From Desulfatiglandales bacterium (GTDB lineage Bacteria; Desulfobacterota; DSM-4660; Desulfatiglandales; Desulfatiglandaceae): a DNA stretch of 64,000 nucleotides. The position numbers were made by a program, and so were the translations under genes. The stretch covers positions 6,208,001-6,272,000 of the forward strand of contig OY759599.1 of the NCBI GenBank assembly GCA_963662465.1, in the 5' to 3' direction. The notes under the pieces are model-generated. The model was not told the origin of the DNA. It saw only the letters and a program-made list of their open reading frames with translations, and did not search any database. Shown here piece after piece: positions 1 to 9,562 of the stretch; position 1 is the stretch's first letter, and each line of letters begins with the position of its first letter.

Positions 1-815
1 CCCACCGGCAGGCCCATATGTCTTGCAATAACCGGGCACTTGGCTTTTAAAAGAAAAAAAATGTTTTGGCGCTGGTTGGAAAGGGCTTCATAGTTGCCCT
101 GCCCTTTGCTGATAATCAATTCTGCTTCGTGGTATCGACGTATAAACCGGTCGCTGCAGGTTTCAAGAAGGGTTCCCGGCGCATCGGTTCCCGAACTCAT
201 GAGCTCGACCGCTGAATCGATCCCGGCCTGTTGGGCGTCCTCAAGGGTGGCGTCGTTGATGACGGGTTTTTCCCGCACCACATAGGTTGCCGGCTTGTTC
301 ATGGTTTCCAGGAGGACTCTGTCAAACACGCATTCTCCGGCATTATCGCCGAGGTAAAGGATCCTGTCGGACTGGGCCAAAGCCGTTTTGAATTGCTCAT
401 AATCGCATACGGCAAAAGCTTTGGACCGGGCCGTCTCAATTTCTTTCTTCATATCAAAGGCTTGGTTCGGTCCAAAGTCAATGACATTTCCGGCGATGGC
501 CATTCGAATGGCCATCAGCAGCCTGTCATCTGATTTTTCCACCAGACGCTTCATATGGGGGTAAAGGGAAAGGGCTTCACGGGTGCTGCGATTTTTAATT
601 TCCCGGTATGGGTCCTGGTTTTTTGTTATTTTGTGAACCTTCCGATAGATCAGCCGACCAATTTCAGGGGGGGGACTCTCAAGGGAAATGGTCGGGAGCA
701 TCATGCTGACGGCATCGAGGACCGCTTTGATTTTGATTTGATCATCGGTTGCCATTCGGGCGGCTCGAAGCGCCTGGTTCAAAAAGCAGGGAAAACAGTC
801 CAGATAGGTTTTCAT
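1..815 (-). CDS. DUF89/ARMT1-like damage-control phosphatase (runs off the left edge)
   Basis: Not in the ORF track. ATG at 815 reads MKTYLDCFPCFLNQALRAARMA...; the CxxC start is typical of the family. It overlaps the upstream stop (ATGA). Confidence 0.8.
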   Translation of the reverse strand, partial: MKTYLDCFPCFLNQALRAARMATDDQIKIKAVLDAVSMMLPTISLESPPPEIGRLIYRKVHKITKNQDPYREIKNRSTREALSLYPHMKRLVEKSDDRLLMAIRMAIAGNVIDFGPNQAFDMKKEIETARSKAFAVCDYEQFKTALAQSDRILYLGDNAGECVFDRVLLETMNKPATYVVREKPVINDATLEDAQQAGIDSAVELMSSGTDAPGTLLETCSDRFIRRYHEAELIISKGQGNYEALSNQRQNIFFLLKAKCPVIARHMGLPV

Positions 816-1681
816 GAGCGCATTTCCTTTGCCGCGTTGGAGCGGTTTGCATTTGCCTTTGATTGTAGATAAGTCATGGCGCGTTCATAGACTTCCGTAA
901 TGCGGATGGAATTTTCCGGAAGGGCCTGCCGGATTTGTTCAAGATAACCCCTTTCCTGTACCATCTGAAAAGTGCGGCGAAAATTCACGTCATAGATCCA
1001 TCCGATTTGAAGCAGCTTGAAATCATTCAGGGTTTTGAGGTCCGTCATTTTAACGATATTCCCTTTCATCAGGGATCGGCAGACGGCATCCGAAATTTCG
1101 GGTGTATCCGGAAGGTTCAATTCAATGGTCTGGTTTCGTTCTTTATGGGCATTGCGATAGTAGTCGGTCACCACCCGCCAGATGTCCACTTTGTCCGCAT
1201 CTCGCAGAAGCTTCATGAAGAACAGGCCGCGACCATTCTCGTTGGCGGGTAGGGCGGCTTTGTTATGGTATTCCACCGCACGAATGATCACACGTTTATT
1301 TTCCGGGTCAATGTTTTCCAGGATGCCGTTGTCCCGAATGACTTTTACGCCGAGAAGGGCATGATTTTCCGATTTTGCATCGGAGAAGGTTTTGTACTGT
1401 TGGTATTGCTCAAACCGACCGATATCGTGCAGCAGGGCCGCCGCTTCCGCCAGATGCAGGTCCTCGCCGGAAAGCCCCTCGTGCCGTCCGATATCCAGGA
1501 TGGCTTCACAGACCCGGGTGGTATGGTCCTGTTTTAAATCCAGGGCCGCTTGAATGTTTGGATCCCTTGAAGCAAACCGTGCAATGTAGTTTTTTAACCA
1601 ATGTTTGAGTTTCGGCAGAAGGTTCTCTAAATCCATTCTTGACCTCATATGTTTTTTATCTTGTAACCTGAGCATAACCAA
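812..1681 (-). CDS. HD-domain metal-dependent phosphohydrolase
   Basis: Motifs KQDHTTRV, LLHDIGRFEQY, HN and LRDADKVD. The true start may be a downstream Met. Confidence 0.85.
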   Translation of the reverse strand: MVMLRLQDKKHMRSRMDLENLLPKLKHWLKNYIARFASRDPNIQAALDLKQDHTTRVCEAILDIGRHEGLSGEDLHLAEAAALLHDIGRFEQYQQYKTFSDAKSENHALLGVKVIRDNGILENIDPENKRVIIRAVEYHNKAALPANENGRGLFFMKLLRDADKVDIWRVVTDYYRNAHKERNQTIELNLPDTPEISDAVCRSLMKGNIVKMTDLKTLNDFKLLQIGWIYDVNFRRTFQMVQERGYLEQIRQALPENSIRITEVYERAMTYLQSKANANRSNAAKEMRS

Positions 1682-1708
1682 CTTAGGTAGGGGTTTAAGT
1701 TTATGGCC

Positions 1709-2086
1709 TCAAGAAGGCGATGCCGACAACAGCATCTCCACTTCTTTTTTGATAAGTTGATAAACTTCTTCCTCCAGATCTTCCGAAGGAAGTTTCTTCG
1801 CCTTTTTGATGCCGAGGGTCGATGTTAGTTCGAGGTAGTGGTCCATGGTCATCCCCTCCCGCTCAAAAAGTACTCTGCCGCATTTTACGGGACAGGCATC
1901 AATCAAAATTCGTTTCTCGGAATTTTTGACGATCTCCTTGAATTTCCAAGGTATTGTTATCGCTGGAAGACAACCGATCTTGACATCATCCGGGTGCTGT
2001 TCCCATACCTTGATGCATGCCTTCGATGCCGACACGCCTGTTGCGCATCCGCCATAACATGTGAACATTAGAAGTTTGTATTTCAT
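1709..2086 (-). CDS. Putative zinc-binding DGC-domain protein
   Basis: Cysteine pattern CxGGC...GCL...IDACPVKC. Confidence 0.7.
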   Translation of the reverse strand: MKYKLLMFTCYGGCATGVSASKACIKVWEQHPDDVKIGCLPAITIPWKFKEIVKNSEKRILIDACPVKCGRVLFEREGMTMDHYLELTSTLGIKKAKKLPSEDLEEEVYQLIKKEVEMLLSASPS

Positions 2087-3357
2087 GAGTCCCTCCTCTC
2101 AGGGATTGCAATCATATCATGGTCTATTTGCGATTTCCAGACGGTGTCTCCCGTTTCCATTGCACGACCTTGTCCGTTACGCATACTTACCAGCGCCGTC
2201 AAATTGATGACCATGTCTTTTATCTGCATGGTTTGAGCGTTGATTTCCTTTGAAGCGTCGGCAGTTTCCTCCGCATTGGCCGCATTCTGCTGGACCGCCT
2301 TGTCCATTTCGGATACCGCCGTGTTAATTTGTTCGATTCCTTGGGCCTGTTCACCGGAGGCGCCGGCGATTTCATCAATCAGCTGCGCTACTCTTTTATT
2401 GTGCGTTAGCGTCACATCAAAGGCTTCATGCGTCTTTTCCACCAACCTCGACCCCGTATGGATCTCATCCACGGTTTTTTCGATGAGTGCCTGGGTATTT
2501 TTGGCTGCCTCGGCCGCCCGCATGGCCAGGTTGCGCACCTCATCGGCGACAACGGCGAAACCGGCCCCCGCTTCGCCGGCCCTTGCCGCTTCAACCGCCG
2601 CATTGAGGGCTAGAAGGTTGGTCTGAAAAGCGATTTCGTCGATGGTTTTGATAATCTTGCCGATTTCTTCCCCCCTCGATTTGATTCTGCTCATGGCCTC
2701 TATGGTCTGTTTCATGGCCTCATTGGCGGAAGCCAGGGAAGCATATGCCTCATTTCGAGAAGCCTTGGCCTGATTGGCGTTATCCGCATTTTGCCGGGTC
2801 ATGGACGATATCTCTTCCAGGGAAGATGAGGTTTCCTCGATGGAAGCCGCTTGCTCGGAAGCACTTTCAGCCAGAAACCGGCTGGATGCGGAGACTTGCT
2901 CGGACGTGGATGATACCTGGTCGGATTTCTCGTTCAAGCCTTCGATGATGTGGCCAAGGGATTTGGTGATGCCCCTGGCAATCAATATGCCCATGAAGAG
3001 ACCAAAGACAAGGCCGGAAAGGGAAAGGATGGTCATTACCCTGACGCCTGATTTTTCGTCATGTTTCGCTTTGATGGATGTCTCTTTGGTTAATTTTTCA
3101 ACCTTCTCCATGAACCCTTTGAGTTCATCGTTCAGATTTTCCGCTTCTGTTCCCACCTTTTCAGCAGGTTCTTTGGCTTCCTGCAGCATTTTCTTGCGCA
3201 TCGCCGCGAATGCCCGGTTTACCTGTTCCTCATAGGCTGCACGGTGTTTTCCAATGGAACCGAGTTTGATGATTCCGAAACCGTTGGCGGCAACCAGTAG
3301 GACCAGAATGATCGATATCACACCGATTATTTTTGTCTCCAATTTAAAGCTTTTCAT
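2083..3357 (-). CDS. Methyl-accepting chemotaxis protein
   Basis: Two TM segments and the signalling hairpin IAFQTNLLALNAAVEAARAGEAGAGFAVVADEVR. Confidence 0.95.
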   Translation of the reverse strand: MKSFKLETKIIGVISIILVLLVAANGFGIIKLGSIGKHRAAYEEQVNRAFAAMRKKMLQEAKEPAEKVGTEAENLNDELKGFMEKVEKLTKETSIKAKHDEKSGVRVMTILSLSGLVFGLFMGILIARGITKSLGHIIEGLNEKSDQVSSTSEQVSASSRFLAESASEQAASIEETSSSLEEISSMTRQNADNANQAKASRNEAYASLASANEAMKQTIEAMSRIKSRGEEIGKIIKTIDEIAFQTNLLALNAAVEAARAGEAGAGFAVVADEVRNLAMRAAEAAKNTQALIEKTVDEIHTGSRLVEKTHEAFDVTLTHNKRVAQLIDEIAGASGEQAQGIEQINTAVSEMDKAVQQNAANAEETADASKEINAQTMQIKDMVINLTALVSMRNGQGRAMETGDTVWKSQIDHDMIAIPERRDS

Positions 3358-3418
3358 ATCCTTTCCTCCAGAAGATTCTCAAAGCAGACCAAACTTAAGC
3401 CACAATCGATGCGACCCT

Positions 3419-4999
3419 TTAATGTTTGTCATCCAGCACGCGCCGGACGGTCTCCGCCATAACGCCCTTGAGTATGGGTTTTAAGAGAAACGCCCTGATC
3501 CCCATTTCTTTGGCTTTTTCCGCTTTGATCTTATGACTGAAGCCGGTACATAGAATAATGGGAATATCCGGTTGGATTTCCACGATTTTCAAGGCTAATT
3601 CATCGCCTGTCAAATTGGGCATCGTCATGTCGGAAATCACAAGATCGAATTTGTCCGGTCGGGCTTTGAACAGTTCCAGGGCTTCCATGCTGTTTGTTCT
3701 CGTGGTGACATCATAGCCTAAGGATTCGAGTATCTGTTTCCCAAGACTCACCAGCAGAATTTCGTCATCGATAAACAGTATCCTTTCGGTTCCGGTGGGA
3801 AAGGGTTTTTCCACAGGAGTTTCCCGCGCAAGGGTTTTTTCGATGACCGGTAAAAAGACATTGAAGGTGGCGCCTTTCCCGAGTTCGCTTTGAACGGTTA
3901 TGGCCCCGCCATGGGCCTTGACAATGCCGTGGACAACGGACAACCCCATGCCGGTCCCCTCACCCTTGTCTTTGGTTGTGAAAAATGGATCAAAAATACG
4001 GCTCAGAAGATGGGGCGGTATCCCGCATCCCGCGTCTCTTACCTTTAATTGCAGGTGTGTTCCCGGGTTCATATCCGGGTGCTGGGCCGTGAACGGGGCA
4101 TCCAGCAGCACGTCCACAAGGGTCACCTCCAATACCCCTCCTTTTTCCCGCATGGCATGGTCGGCATTGACACAGAGATTCAACAACACCTGGTGAATCT
4201 GGGTCGGGTCGCCCAATATCAGAGAATTGCTTTGAATGTTCTGACGTATTTCCAGGGTTGTGGGCAAGGTCGCTCTCAGCAGCTTCAGGGCTTCCTTGAT
4301 AATGAATTTCACCTGGATCGGACTGAAAGTTTTCGCACTCTGGCGGCTGAACGTAAGGATCTGCTTCACCAAATCTCTGGCCCTCTCCGCGGATGAAAGC
4401 ACGGATTTCAGGTTTTTCCTCAGTCGAGTTCCCGGTTCAGTCTCTTCCAAGGCCAATTCCGTATAGCTAAAGACCGATGCAAGGATGTTGTTGAAGTCGT
4501 GAGCAATGCCGCCTGCCAGAGTTCCGATGGCCTCCATTTTCTGGGCTTGCTGGAGCTGAATTTCCAATGATTTCAGCTCAGTGGTGTCTCTTAAAATCGT
4601 CATTTTTGAAACAGAACCATCCCCGTGAAAGATGGGGGTTTGGGAAATATGGTAAGAATGTTGGTCTTTCGGACTGACGATGTCATATTCAAGATGCGCT
4701 TTTGCTTGACCCTTACCCTGCATGCACCATGGGCATTTGTGGTCTAAATCGTGCAGAACTTTGAAACAATGCTCTCCCCTGGCGTCACGTCCAATTCTTT
4801 TGATCATCACCGGGTTCATGTATTCAACCCGGTATTCCGATGAGAGGATATAGATGGGGTCTTTCATGGCTTCCATCATGGACCGATAGCGCTCCTCACT
4901 TTCCTGAAGCGCTTCCTCGGTTTGCTTACGTTCAAAGGTTTTATGTTCCAGTTCTTTGATCCGTTGTTCCAATTCGTTATAGGTTAACCTTTTGGCCAT
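3419..4999 (-). CDS. PAS-domain hybrid sensor histidine kinase/response regulator
   Basis: PAS domain, H-box GIAHDFNNIL, G-box FFTTK..GEGTGMGL, and a C-terminal receiver (DMTMP). Confidence 0.95.
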   Translation of the reverse strand: MAKRLTYNELEQRIKELEHKTFERKQTEEALQESEERYRSMMEAMKDPIYILSSEYRVEYMNPVMIKRIGRDARGEHCFKVLHDLDHKCPWCMQGKGQAKAHLEYDIVSPKDQHSYHISQTPIFHGDGSVSKMTILRDTTELKSLEIQLQQAQKMEAIGTLAGGIAHDFNNILASVFSYTELALEETEPGTRLRKNLKSVLSSAERARDLVKQILTFSRQSAKTFSPIQVKFIIKEALKLLRATLPTTLEIRQNIQSNSLILGDPTQIHQVLLNLCVNADHAMREKGGVLEVTLVDVLLDAPFTAQHPDMNPGTHLQLKVRDAGCGIPPHLLSRIFDPFFTTKDKGEGTGMGLSVVHGIVKAHGGAITVQSELGKGATFNVFLPVIEKTLARETPVEKPFPTGTERILFIDDEILLVSLGKQILESLGYDVTTRTNSMEALELFKARPDKFDLVISDMTMPNLTGDELALKIVEIQPDIPIILCTGFSHKIKAEKAKEMGIRAFLLKPILKGVMAETVRRVLDDKH

Positions 5000-5009
5000 C
5001 AGAAGATCC

Positions 5010-6002
5010 TCAAATTTTAACCGGGCACAGGCACCTGGCCTTCAGATACCATTCAGGCAATCCATTTCGTCCGTCGTCATCCAATCGGGTTTTTTCCCCG
5101 TAGGCGCCCATCCGGGTCAGCAGCAGAATATCGCCACTTTCCACGGGGTATGGGTTTTTCAGGTATATGATGCCGTTTTTTGCACGTTTGGGTTGCCGTG
5201 TTATTCGGGTCAGAATGACCTTTTCTTCCTCGGGTCTTGAAAGATTCACCACCTGATGGGTGGTTCCATGGATTTCATAGAAAAGGGCATCCTCCATGGG
5301 AAGATACACCCGAATGTAGGGTATGCCTTCGGCCGTGCCGCTCTCCAGGACTTTCATGAGCAGTGCACCCGCGTAAGCGATCAGATGCGCCGGCAATTCA
5401 AGTTGCAATTTAAATCGGGGGCAGGCACTCTGGATGGCTTCCAGATAATTTTCGATTTCCGGGAGTTCCATGCCTTCCACAAGGGTGTCTGGTTCGCCGC
5501 TTTCGTCATTGCCGAGAATCAGATTGGCGATGTCCGGAAATTCCAGGGAAAGGCTTTGATACAATGAGATTTTTTCAGCCTGATGGCACAGGAATAGAAA
5601 TCGGTTGTCCGGGCGGATAACCGTCCCATGGGTATCCGTCCGGACCGCCACACGGAGTCTCTGACGCAGGGCCGCCTCACCATCTCTTTCGTGCCGCTGG
5701 TCGGACAAAAAGAAGATCCGTTCAGGGGGCAGTTTCGGAACGCGCGCTCTCAAACGGTTTACTGCCAAAAGAGAATTGCAACGGAAACAGGCATCCAGCT
5801 CAAAGGCTTTTTGCAGTATGGGTTGGTGAAAATTCACGTGATACGGGTAGAAAAGCCCTGAAAGAGCGTCCATGGCCGAGAGGTCAAAGAAAATCTCGTT
5901 CAGGGTTTCCTCGTTGTACACGTAGAGGGGCGCCTTATTCTGCGCGAGCGCCATCAATTCCTCATTTCGAAAATGCCACCAGTGTTTTTGGGTTGGGTTC
6001 AT
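5010..6002 (-). CDS. Degenerate diaminopimelate decarboxylase (LysA)-like protein
   Basis: PLYVYNE and GDILLLTRMGAYG resemble fold-type III decarboxylase motifs. The YAxKAN Schiff-base motif reads YPYHVN. Confidence 0.55.
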   Translation of the reverse strand: MNPTQKHWWHFRNEELMALAQNKAPLYVYNEETLNEIFFDLSAMDALSGLFYPYHVNFHQPILQKAFELDACFRCNSLLAVNRLRARVPKLPPERIFFLSDQRHERDGEAALRQRLRVAVRTDTHGTVIRPDNRFLFLCHQAEKISLYQSLSLEFPDIANLILGNDESGEPDTLVEGMELPEIENYLEAIQSACPRFKLQLELPAHLIAYAGALLMKVLESGTAEGIPYIRVYLPMEDALFYEIHGTTHQVVNLSRPEEEKVILTRITRQPKRAKNGIIYLKNPYPVESGDILLLTRMGAYGEKTRLDDDGRNGLPEWYLKARCLCPVKI

Positions 6003-6008
6003 TGACGA

Positions 6009-6971
6009 TTATCCCTCCGGGACGCATAACTGTCCACGACTAACCGCCTGAATGGTTTTGATGAGTACAACCCCAATGATCAGGATGGTAAAAGCCATGA
6101 AGATGCCTGCCAGCACCTTGAAAAAGGTAAAATGGTTCAGTTCATACATGAGCGCCGTGGCCAGGGTGATGGCATCCAGGGGAAAGGTGTAGGCCCACCA
6201 TGAGATAAAAAACGGCACTTTGGTAAATTTATCCACCATGGTGAACAGCATCAGCACGGTAAAAATACCGAAATAAAAAAGAATTCTTGAAAAGGGATCC
6301 AGTGAATGGGTCAGTTTGATATAGGCAATAAACCCTACTGCCGCCGGTGCAATGAGAATAAAGAGCGTCGGTACCAGCTTGGAGGGAAGGGGATCGTGAA
6401 AAATGACCCGGTACAGGAGAATCGACAGCAAGCCGATCCAGTAAATAATCCCCACGCTGAAGAAGAACCAGGAAATTTCGGGGTTCGCCACCTGAACGCC
6501 GGCCACCGGCACGAGAATGGGACCCACCACCGGAATAAACCAGGCCGGGTTGAAGGATTGCAGTTTATAATTTTTGTGAAACCAGGAATAAAGGGTGCGC
6601 AGCAGGAGCAACAGATGGATGACGACGCCGATCCACCAGGTGATTTTTGAAACCACCGGATTGACGCTAAGAAACGCAATGGAAAAGAGCAGAAAACAGA
6701 TGGAATAGGCTGGAAAAAAATGCATGCGCACGGGGTGGTTGTATTCCACCTTGACCTCTTCGGGATACTTGATCCACTTTACTCCGTAGATGATATTCAG
6801 CAATACAAACCATGCGCTGACCAGGTACAACAGGGTTACGCCCCAGTTGACGCTGAAATGGAGTACATGGGCCATTTTCAGTAAAACAATGGAAAGTCCC
6901 GCAAGCCCCATCACCGATGCAAACAGGGTAATGGGAAAGTACTGCAAACGATTAGATTGCGTTTGTTCCAT
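6009..6971 (-). CDS. SLAC1/TehA family anion channel (tellurite-resistance/dicarboxylate transporter)
   Basis: About 10 TM segments; motifs FASVMGLAGL, NPAWFIPVVG, SWWAYTFP. Start trimmed to MEQTQ. Confidence 0.9.
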   Translation of the reverse strand: MEQTQSNRLQYFPITLFASVMGLAGLSIVLLKMAHVLHFSVNWGVTLLYLVSAWFVLLNIIYGVKWIKYPEEVKVEYNHPVRMHFFPAYSICFLLFSIAFLSVNPVVSKITWWIGVVIHLLLLLRTLYSWFHKNYKLQSFNPAWFIPVVGPILVPVAGVQVANPEISWFFFSVGIIYWIGLLSILLYRVIFHDPLPSKLVPTLFILIAPAAVGFIAYIKLTHSLDPFSRILFYFGIFTVLMLFTMVDKFTKVPFFISWWAYTFPLDAITLATALMYELNHFTFFKVLAGIFMAFTILIIGVVLIKTIQAVSRGQLCVPEG

Positions 6972-6976
6972 ATTGA

Positions 6977-7636
6977 TTAATAACCCTCTTTCAGAAGTTT
7001 TGCCTGGTCCAGGAGCAGCGATTTGAACCGGTCCAGAGAGACGGGATAGCCCTGCATGGGAATGCCCATCCAGTCGCAATACTCCAGAAATTCTTCCGGT
7101 TTTTCCGCCATGAATTTATCCACATAACCGATGCCGTCCAGGACGATGGCGCCGCCTGAATGTTTGGGGAAGTTTTCGTTGGCAATGCCCTGATCCCACC
7201 CTTCGAATACCTGGTAGCGGTATTCCAGCCAGCCCGGCGTCATCCACCAGACTTTTTCGCCGCCGGCCAGTTCCTGCGCGATTTTGTCTCGGGTCGCTTC
7301 GTCGGCAAGCATATCCATGCAGTGGGTGGCTTGAACCCGTCCGATTCCCGGTCCCTGCTCCTCGAGGAGTTTCTGCATGGTGCGGGTGGGCGCATCGACA
7401 TTTACATAACAGAATTTTCCGCCGTAAACCACGATTACTTTATCCACTTTTTCCCGGGCCATTTTGATGCGTGAAATCAGCTGATTTTCCAGTTCATGAC
7501 AGTTTTGATGCAGCCCCGGTTTGGTGAAAAAGATTTTTTTAGCATCCAGGAAGCCTTCCTGCTTGAGATGATTCAACTCAAGGTTCAATGTGCCGCAGGA
7601 AACAATAGCGATATCTGAAAATGAAATTTTTTCCAT
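6977..7636 (-). CDS. DUF1638 family protein
   Basis: Pattern IVSCGTL...PGLH...VYG..C...HCMDML...WMTPGW. Confidence 0.7.
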   Translation of the reverse strand: MEKISFSDIAIVSCGTLNLELNHLKQEGFLDAKKIFFTKPGLHQNCHELENQLISRIKMAREKVDKVIVVYGGKFCYVNVDAPTRTMQKLLEEQGPGIGRVQATHCMDMLADEATRDKIAQELAGGEKVWWMTPGWLEYRYQVFEGWDQGIANENFPKHSGGAIVLDGIGYVDKFMAEKPEEFLEYCDWMGIPMQGYPVSLDRFKSLLLDQAKLLKEGY

Positions 7637-7688
7637 TATAAATCTCCTTCTTTGTTGAATTGGGTTTCAATTTCCCTGATCGGGACCT

Positions 7689-8009
7689 TTAGCACAGGAG
7701 TTTTTCCAATGCATCTGAGAGAACCCCTTCGGATTGGACTCCGACAAATCTTTGAATTTCCTTGTTGTTTTTGAAAATGATCAGGGTCGGAATGCTCTGT
7801 ATCCCCAATGTTGCGGCAATGTCCTGATGCTCATCAACATTCATCGCCGAAATGATTGCTTTTCCTTCATATTGGTTTGAAAGCTGTTCCAGAATTGGCT
7901 CCTGGGTGCGGCAGGGAGCGCACCAGGGGGCGTTGAAATCCATGAGTGTAAGGCCGTTTTCAATTATTTTTTCATATTCTTCTTTTGATTGCAGCGTTTT
8001 TAATGCCAT
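7689..8009 (-). CDS. trxA: Thioredoxin
   Basis: WCAPC and SIPTL motifs; AGGAGG RBS upstream of the ATG at 8009. Confidence 0.9.
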   Translation of the reverse strand: MALKTLQSKEEYEKIIENGLTLMDFNAPWCAPCRTQEPILEQLSNQYEGKAIISAMNVDEHQDIAATLGIQSIPTLIIFKNNKEIQRFVGVQSEGVLSDALEKLLC

Positions 8010-8105
8010 GCCATATCCCTCCTTTTTTTGGACCTTGTTCATCGTTTTGGTTGGAAACCCTCGTTTTCTGAAGATATCTTTTATATTGTCATAACTCGTA
8101 CGCTT

Positions 8106-9488
8106 CTATATAGCCTTGTCAGGATTCGTAATTTTATTCAATATCTCTTCTGCTGCCTTAACAATCAAATTATGAGCAGGATAGAAAGATTGGTATGGTT
8201 GCGCTGCATAAGATAAATTTACCAATTGATCAAGCGTAATTCCATATTGAATAGCCATTGTGATTTGATCTACTTTATCTACAACCGGCTCTCCACTAAT
8301 AAACTGGCCTCCCACTATTTTATGAGTTTTTTTATCAGCAATTAATTTTAATTTTATTTTTTTTGCATTTGGCATAATCGGGAAAGTCGTCGTAAACTCA
8401 GCATGGCCTATTTCTACATCGAAGAATCTTCTTGCTGCTTTTTCAGAAAAGCCGGCGCCCCCAATAAAATAATTGTTTATTTTGGTAGCAGCCCCATTAA
8501 AAAATCCTGAATAAACTTGATCTTTGCCCAGAAGATTATTTGCCAAAATCCTTCCCATGGGAACAGCGTTTGTTGCAAGTTTACCAGAAAGCACTTCGCC
8601 TGTAATTCCACTTACAAATTGACAGCAATCACCAATAGCGTAAACATCATTCACATTGGTTTCCATCTTATTGTTGACAACAATACCATCTTTATCAATC
8701 TTCAAACCAGTATCTTTAAATAATTCAACATCAGGTTTCATCCCGACAGCAAATATGACAAGGCCTGAAAGGTTGTTATTATTAGTTTCATTACGGTGAT
8801 CTAATGGGTCAAAATGAATAGCGCGTGCGTTTTCAAGTAAAACTTTTTCAACCGCTTCCGTTCCTTTCAAGGCGGTCACTTTACTTTTTAAATGCAAACT
8901 AATTCCGGATTTAACAAGTGATTTCTGAGCTTCCTCCACAATTTCATAGTCAACCATATTTGGCAGTACATAATCCGCCATGTCTATAAGATGCGTCTTT
9001 ACTTTTCGTTCGTTTAATGCTTGGGCAAGTTCGATTCCGATAGCGCCGGCTCCGACAACAACAGCCTTTTTCAAACCATTATGAACTAATTTCATTATTG
9101 CTTTGAGGTCTTCTTCTGTTTTGAAGGTCATAACGCCTTTTAGATTATGTCCTTCAATGCGAGGCAATACCGGCGTAGCGCCTGTCGCAATAATAAGTTT
9201 TCCGTAAGAAATATCACCGCTTTTTTCAGTTGCTACAGTCTTAGCAGCAAAATTGACTGCCACTACTTTATCCCTGATTAATTCGGCTTTTGCATCTGTA
9301 ACGATGGCATCATTTTTGAGGGTTTTTTCAAATGGAAGCAATCCTTCAATGGCATAAGGCATGGCGCAATATATCATTGAATGATCTTCAGGTCGGATAA
9401 TTCCAACCTTCATTTTGTCCTGGATGTTTTTTGCAATTGTAATTGCAGCAGGCCCACCGCCGATAACTAATATATCGAATTTATTCAA
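8106..9488 (-). CDS. FAD-dependent NADH oxidase / CoA-disulfide reductase family
   Basis: GGGPAA, a single redox Cys (YCAMPY), ATG, GAGAIG and YAIGDC motifs. TTG start with AGGAG RBS. Markedly AT-rich. Confidence 0.85.
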   Translation of the reverse strand: MNKFDILVIGGGPAAITIAKNIQDKMKVGIIRPEDHSMIYCAMPYAIEGLLPFEKTLKNDAIVTDAKAELIRDKVVAVNFAAKTVATEKSGDISYGKLIIATGATPVLPRIEGHNLKGVMTFKTEEDLKAIMKLVHNGLKKAVVVGAGAIGIELAQALNERKVKTHLIDMADYVLPNMVDYEIVEEAQKSLVKSGISLHLKSKVTALKGTEAVEKVLLENARAIHFDPLDHRNETNNNNLSGLVIFAVGMKPDVELFKDTGLKIDKDGIVVNNKMETNVNDVYAIGDCCQFVSGITGEVLSGKLATNAVPMGRILANNLLGKDQVYSGFFNGAATKINNYFIGGAGFSEKAARRFFDVEIGHAEFTTTFPIMPNAKKIKLKLIADKKTHKIVGGQFISGEPVVDKVDQITMAIQYGITLDQLVNLSYAAQPYQSFYPAHNLIVKAAEEILNKITNPDKAI

Positions 9489-9562
9489 ATTCCTATTCTC
9501 CTTTCTTGCTCTAAGGTTCCTTTAAAATACATAGCTTTTGAACAAAATCGCTTCCGGACGCG

